From positions 32,001 through 96,000 of the IMG/VR virus record IMGVR_UViG_3300008107_000017: 64,000 nucleotides of DNA. The stretch is one strand, 5' to 3'. Shown here in pieces: positions 59,811 to 64,000 of this stretch. The notes below the pieces were generated by a model. The model ran no database searches. It was not told the origin of the DNA and was given only the letters and a program-made list of their open reading frames with translations. The DNA comes from a virus. Numbering within the stretch: the first letter of the stretch is position 1; every line of letters starts with the position of its first letter. The position numbers were made by a program, and so were the translations under genes.

Positions 59811-60374
59811 ATGAAGATTGATTATATTATTCCAACTTTACATAGAGATACGTTAGATAGAGCTATAAAATCTATAACAGATGAAGGCACAAATCATAAT
59901 ATTTTTGCCATTAGTCATGTTAAGGATGGTAGAGGTTGTGGTAATAGAAATGCAGGATTATCTCAAGTTAAAGATAGTGATTGGATTATTTTTCTAGATG
60001 ACGACGACTATTTAGTTAAAGGATTTAGTAAACAGCTTGATAATAATTTCGATGTTGTTGTTTTTAGAATGTCACAGGATGCGTCTAACCCATATTATCC
60101 ACCTAAGGTGATTCCTAGGGTATGTAATAAATGTTCTGAAACTACATCAAAGGGGTGCTGTTTACATAGCGGAAATGTTGGTTGTAATTTTGCAATAAAG
60201 ACTTCATTTTATCTTCAATATAAATGGTTATTTGACTGTTCTGTTAAAACACCTGATTGGCATTTCTTAGAAAGAGTAATTAATAAAACCGATAGAATAA
60301 AGGTTACAAAAGATATTTTTTATGTTGCTCCAATGGGAGGATATAATAAAGTAAAACCTAATGGAAAAAAATAA
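59811..60374 (+). CDS. Glycosyltransferase family 2-like
   Basis: IIPT, RNAGL and IIFLDDDD. Confidence 0.8.
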   Translation: MKIDYIIPTLHRDTLDRAIKSITDEGTNHNIFAISHVKDGRGCGNRNAGLSQVKDSDWIIFLDDDDYLVKGFSKQLDNNFDVVVFRMSQDASNPYYPPKVIPRVCNKCSETTSKGCCLHSGNVGCNFAIKTSFYLQYKWLFDCSVKTPDWHFLERVINKTDRIKVTKDIFYVAPMGGYNKVKPNGKK

Positions 60375-60380
60375 AAGAAT

Positions 60381-60974
60381 ATGATAATAACTGTTTATAA
60401 TGATGTTATTCCACATGAAGTTGTAGAAAACCAAAGAAAGGTATTCGAAAAATTTGGAGAAAAGATTATACAAATTAAACCTAAAGTATGGGAGGGTCAT
60501 GCCCATACGGTAGATTCTCATTTAAGAAATAGTAATTGGGAATATGCAATAGTATTTGATATTGATTGCATTCCTCTAAATAAAGATGTGATTAAAGAAG
60601 CACGAGACTGGGCATTAAAGAATATGGGATTATATTCAGTAGCACAAAATCCTAATCATATACCAGGTGCGCCTGATTATGCAAGCCCGGCCTTTATTGC
60701 TTTTTCAAAAAAGACATATGAAGAGTTAGGAAGACCTAGTTTTCAAGGAACTAAAATTTGGGATGTTGGTGGAGAATTAACCTATAGAGCAAGAGAAAAG
60801 AATATGCCAGTAGTGTTAATGTACCCAAGCCACGTTGAAATTCCTAAATGGAAATTTAAAGATGGTAAAATGTTTGGTATAGGAACTACTTATGCAAATA
60901 AAATATATCATCATTTTGAAGGAAGAAGAGTAACAAAAAGTTTTTTAGATAAATGTAAACAAATTTTATTATGA
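60381..60974 (+). CDS. Putative GT-A glycosyltransferase
   Basis: FDIDCIP (DxD), DVGGE and IYHHF. Confidence 0.6.
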   Translation: MIITVYNDVIPHEVVENQRKVFEKFGEKIIQIKPKVWEGHAHTVDSHLRNSNWEYAIVFDIDCIPLNKDVIKEARDWALKNMGLYSVAQNPNHIPGAPDYASPAFIAFSKKTYEELGRPSFQGTKIWDVGGELTYRAREKNMPVVLMYPSHVEIPKWKFKDGKMFGIGTTYANKIYHHFEGRRVTKSFLDKCKQILL

Positions 60975-61690
60975 AAAAGACAATTATAATTATCCCTGCA
61001 AGATGGGGATCAACTAGACTACCTGCAAAACCACTTGTTAAGATCTTAGATAAAATAATGATCCAATGGGTTTATGAAGAATGTAAAAAATCATTGGCAG
61101 ATGAAGTCTATGTGGCAACAGACGATGAAAGAATCCGCACTAAGGTTAATGAATTTGGTGGTAAATGTATAATGACAGGTGAATGTAAAACCGGCACAGA
61201 TCGCGTATTAGAAGCTGCTAAAGATCTATCATATGATATTCTTATAAACATACAAGGCGATGAACCTGGTATATCATTTAGAGATATTAACTCTCTTATT
61301 AATCTGGCAAATAGAAACACACAATCAGTTTCTACATTATCATCTCTTTTATCCAAAGAAGAACTAACCAATAGAAATGTAGTAAAACTCATTAAGTCTG
61401 GTAAAAAGGTTGTAATGTTTACCAGGAGCAGTTCTTATCTTTTTAGTCCTGATGTAGAAAAGCATATTGGGGCATATGCATTTCCTAAGGAGATTGTAGA
61501 AAAGATAGTAAAGCTTAAAACACAAACAGAAAATGAGATTGCAGAATCTTTAGAACAGTTAAGATGGGCAGATTCTGGAATATCATTTGTATGTAATACA
61601 GTTCTTCATGCTGCTAAAGGTGTTGATACACCAGAAGACTTAAAAATGATTGAAACATATCTTAAACAAAATAGAAAACAATCAATATAA
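60971..61690 (+). CDS. kdsB: CMP-Kdo synthetase (3-deoxy-manno-octulosonate cytidylyltransferase)
   Basis: IIPARWGSTRLPAKPL, VATDD, TGTDR, NIQGDEP, HIGAY, ESLEQLR and VDTPEDL. Confidence 0.9.
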   Translation: MKKTIIIIPARWGSTRLPAKPLVKILDKIMIQWVYEECKKSLADEVYVATDDERIRTKVNEFGGKCIMTGECKTGTDRVLEAAKDLSYDILINIQGDEPGISFRDINSLINLANRNTQSVSTLSSLLSKEELTNRNVVKLIKSGKKVVMFTRSSSYLFSPDVEKHIGAYAFPKEIVEKIVKLKTQTENEIAESLEQLRWADSGISFVCNTVLHAAKGVDTPEDLKMIETYLKQNRKQSI

Positions 61691-61706
61691 AACTAAATAC
61701 TGTATT

Positions 61707-61934
61707 ATGCAACAGCAAATGAACTTAGATATTAATAACACAACGGAAGTTGTTTGTGAAAGCTGTGGTAACAATACATTTAGACCAATCTTCTTTTTAA
61801 GAAGATTAAGTCCACTTATTTCACCTGATGGCAACGCTCGTTTAATTCCGATGGATACACTTGCATGTTTAAAATGCGATCATGTAAATAAAGACTTTAA
61901 CCCAATTCCTCCACAAATTCAAACAGAAAAATAA
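61707..61934 (+). CDS. Zinc-ribbon protein
   Basis: CESC...CLKC. Confidence 0.6.
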   Translation: MQQQMNLDINNTTEVVCESCGNNTFRPIFFLRRLSPLISPDGNARLIPMDTLACLKCDHVNKDFNPIPPQIQTEK

Positions 61935-61936
61935 AC

Positions 61937-62512
61937 ATGGAAAACAACGAAGAAACAGTAGTACAAGAGCCTTTAAAGAAAAGCGAATTAATTGCTAAAC
62001 AAAAGGAACTTATGGAGCTTAATGAAAAGCTTCTTAAAGAAATGCAGGAAAGAGAGTATACCATTGATCTTAACAACAAAAAGATTTTTGATCGTCTTGT
62101 TAAATTTCTTGAAAAGGATGCTCCTTGGGGTCATACCACTGCAACTGGCTTGGTTATGTTATATCATAATCTTCGCGAGCAGAAAGATATCATTATTAAG
62201 ACAAAGGATTGGGATGGTAAGATCCAATTAAGATCTGCCAATGTAACTATTCTTTGGTCAATGGTTACTAAAATGACCGGAAATGGATTCCATGAAGCCA
62301 AAGCCTTTATTGAATTAATGGCTGTATGTGGAGAAACTTTGGCCGGTGCTGTACAACGTGCCCACCAAGATAATCAACAACTTCGTGAAAATCATGCTAA
62401 GCTATCTCAAATTGATGATCAATTAGCAGATCCTAATATCATCAATGATATTGAAGAATCTACAGAGACTGTATCTATTGCTAATGAAGTAGACCCAGTA
62501 ACTGAAGCATAA
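61937..62512 (+). CDS. Hypothetical protein
   Basis: Long ORF. Confidence 0.55.
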   Translation: MENNEETVVQEPLKKSELIAKQKELMELNEKLLKEMQEREYTIDLNNKKIFDRLVKFLEKDAPWGHTTATGLVMLYHNLREQKDIIIKTKDWDGKIQLRSANVTILWSMVTKMTGNGFHEAKAFIELMAVCGETLAGAVQRAHQDNQQLRENHAKLSQIDDQLADPNIINDIEESTETVSIANEVDPVTEA

Positions 62513-62760
62513 TGGGATTCCATAAAAGATACATAGATAATCAACAGGTTATTCGCCTATTTAATGAAGGCGGGTCTGACCGGGTTATTAAATGGTATAC
62601 CGGTAAGGTTGACTCTTTAATCCTAGAAACCGGACTAGCATCTGACATTAATAAGATTTTATCAGATGGTGAATGGACAATGTTTGGTCAGGCAAAAATT
62701 GCCGAAGAAGTTACCAAACGGATTCATCAAGAATTAGGAATAGAAGAAATTAAAAAATAA
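62512..62760 (+). CDS. Hypothetical protein
   Basis: MGFHKRYID start; coupled ORF. Confidence 0.5.
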   Translation: MGFHKRYIDNQQVIRLFNEGGSDRVIKWYTGKVDSLILETGLASDINKILSDGEWTMFGQAKIAEEVTKRIHQELGIEEIKK

Positions 62761-62779
62761 GGGACTTCGGTCCCTTTTT
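62759..62779 (+). terminator. Intrinsic terminator
   Basis: AAGGGAC-TTCG-GTCCCTT plus T tract. Confidence 0.85.
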
Positions 62780-62823
62780 ATTTCTCTATGTTATGATGAA
62801 TAAATAAAAAAAGATATCCTAAC

Positions 62824-63546
62824 ATGAAATTTATTAAAACGTTTGTTAACTTCTTAACTGAAAAGAAAGAAGAAAAAGACTTCGAGGATAAAATAAAAGG
62901 CCACGGATACTTTAAAGGTATATCAACCTCAACTGCCCGCAAGAAAGTGGATCAAATGAAAGACCAGGCTGCTAAACCTGATAATGATCCTTCTGCTTAT
63001 AAAGAATTACCAGGCGACACCAAAGGAAAGAAACTCCTAAAACCTTCTAAACATACTAAGAATTATCAGGATATCTATGCTGATGATGAAAAGGACACTA
63101 AAAATGAATCTATCATTAATTGGGAACTCTATCAAAAGCTTAAAGAAAATGATCTTAAAATAGAAAAAGAGATCAAGGATTTTAGTATTCTTCCATTTAT
63201 GATTAATGAGGATGACGCAGGTGGGGATCGTTCGCCGATTGATAATGATGCTATTGAAACTGGGTTAAAGAAAAAGAGCGAGGAAACAGGTGTTCCTTTA
63301 CCGCTTCTTAGAATAGTAATGCGTCGTGGAATGGCTGCATGGAAAAGTGGTCATAGACCTGGTGCAGGACAAGAACAGTGGGGTTATGCTAGAGTTAATT
63401 CATTTTTAACTCAAGCACCAGGAACATGGGGTCGTCCTATTAAAGATCCTCAAAAGAATGGACCTAAAGGCGCTTATGGTGCCGATGCTGATGTAGCACA
63501 AGAAGTAATTAAAGGTGGTCATGATAAAAATCTAAAAAAAGGATAA
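62824..63546 (+). CDS. Putative capsid-targeted protein with RRGMAAW...QWGYARVNSF domain
   Basis: MKFIKTFVNFLTE start; GAATAAATAA upstream. Confidence 0.6.
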   Translation: MKFIKTFVNFLTEKKEEKDFEDKIKGHGYFKGISTSTARKKVDQMKDQAAKPDNDPSAYKELPGDTKGKKLLKPSKHTKNYQDIYADDEKDTKNESIINWELYQKLKENDLKIEKEIKDFSILPFMINEDDAGGDRSPIDNDAIETGLKKKSEETGVPLPLLRIVMRRGMAAWKSGHRPGAGQEQWGYARVNSFLTQAPGTWGRPIKDPQKNGPKGAYGADADVAQEVIKGGHDKNLKKG

Positions 63547-63992
63547 TGAAAACAATAAAACTATTTGAAGAATTTAAAGAAGCTACTTCATGTCCTGTAC
63601 CAACTAAAGATTTAGAAGTTAATACCAAAAATCGTGATAGAGCAATTCATGCAGATTTTATTGATTATGGACCTCTTAATGTAGATGAACCTGCAGGTTA
63701 TTGGGAACATTTAGCAGATCATTGGAATACCAGTGTTGATGCAGCTAAAGCATCTACATGTGGAAATTGTGTGGCTTTTGACATATCTCCTCGTATGTTA
63801 GAATGTATGCCAGGTGAAATTAGTGATGGCGATGGAAGATTAGGTTATTGTTGGATGCATCACTTTAAATGCCATTCTGCCCGCTCTTGTTATACATGGG
63901 CAAAGGGTGGTCCTATAACCGATGATAAGATATCTTACGGATGGCAAGAAAAAAATCTGGATGCTGCAAACAATCCAAACCCTATTAAGTAA
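63546..63992 (+). CDS. Cys-rich putative capsid-targeted protein
   Basis: MKTIKLFEEFKEA; CGNC...GYC..HFKC...C..W. Confidence 0.6.
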   Translation: MKTIKLFEEFKEATSCPVPTKDLEVNTKNRDRAIHADFIDYGPLNVDEPAGYWEHLADHWNTSVDAAKASTCGNCVAFDISPRMLECMPGEISDGDGRLGYCWMHHFKCHSARSCYTWAKGGPITDDKISYGWQEKNLDAANNPNPIK

Positions 63993-64000
63993 TTATGAAA

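Overview
AT-rich, almost entirely plus-strand segment of a large T4-like (myovirus-type) phage genome. The host is probably a Bacteroidota species, judged from TAnnTTTG-type promoters, A-rich leaders without Shine-Dalgarno sites, a GE...YAVAA tmRNA tag and a Bacteroidota-like boxA. 1-35 kb: gp47/gp46 recombination nuclease, tail terminator, gp55 late sigma, gp4, gp2, portal, a protease-scaffold fusion, major capsid, clamp loader, RNase H, neck, terminase, sheath, tube, baseplate hub and tape measure. 35-41 kb: DnaQ-like exonuclease, a tmRNA and 22 tRNAs covering all 20 amino acids, interleaved with several unexplained structured RNAs. 41-50 kb: type II topoisomerase, nucleotide kinases, a dCMP-hydroxymethylase-like thymidylate synthase homologue and an ECF-type sigma. 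50-64 kb: putative capsid-targeted proteins, a collagen-like fibre, PhoH, endolysin, Hsp20 and a glycosyltransferase/KdsB cluster. Best candidate for an undescribed system: an unannotated 31-codon leader ORF (37622-37717) that contains all 20 amino acids, 19 of them in the first 22 codons. Its last codons are complementary to the 5' arm of an intrinsic terminator just upstream of the tRNA array, which suggests a 'pan-tRNA' translational attenuator that turns on the phage tRNA set when any tRNA is depleted. All calls come from reading the sequence by eye; no searches or folding programs were run.
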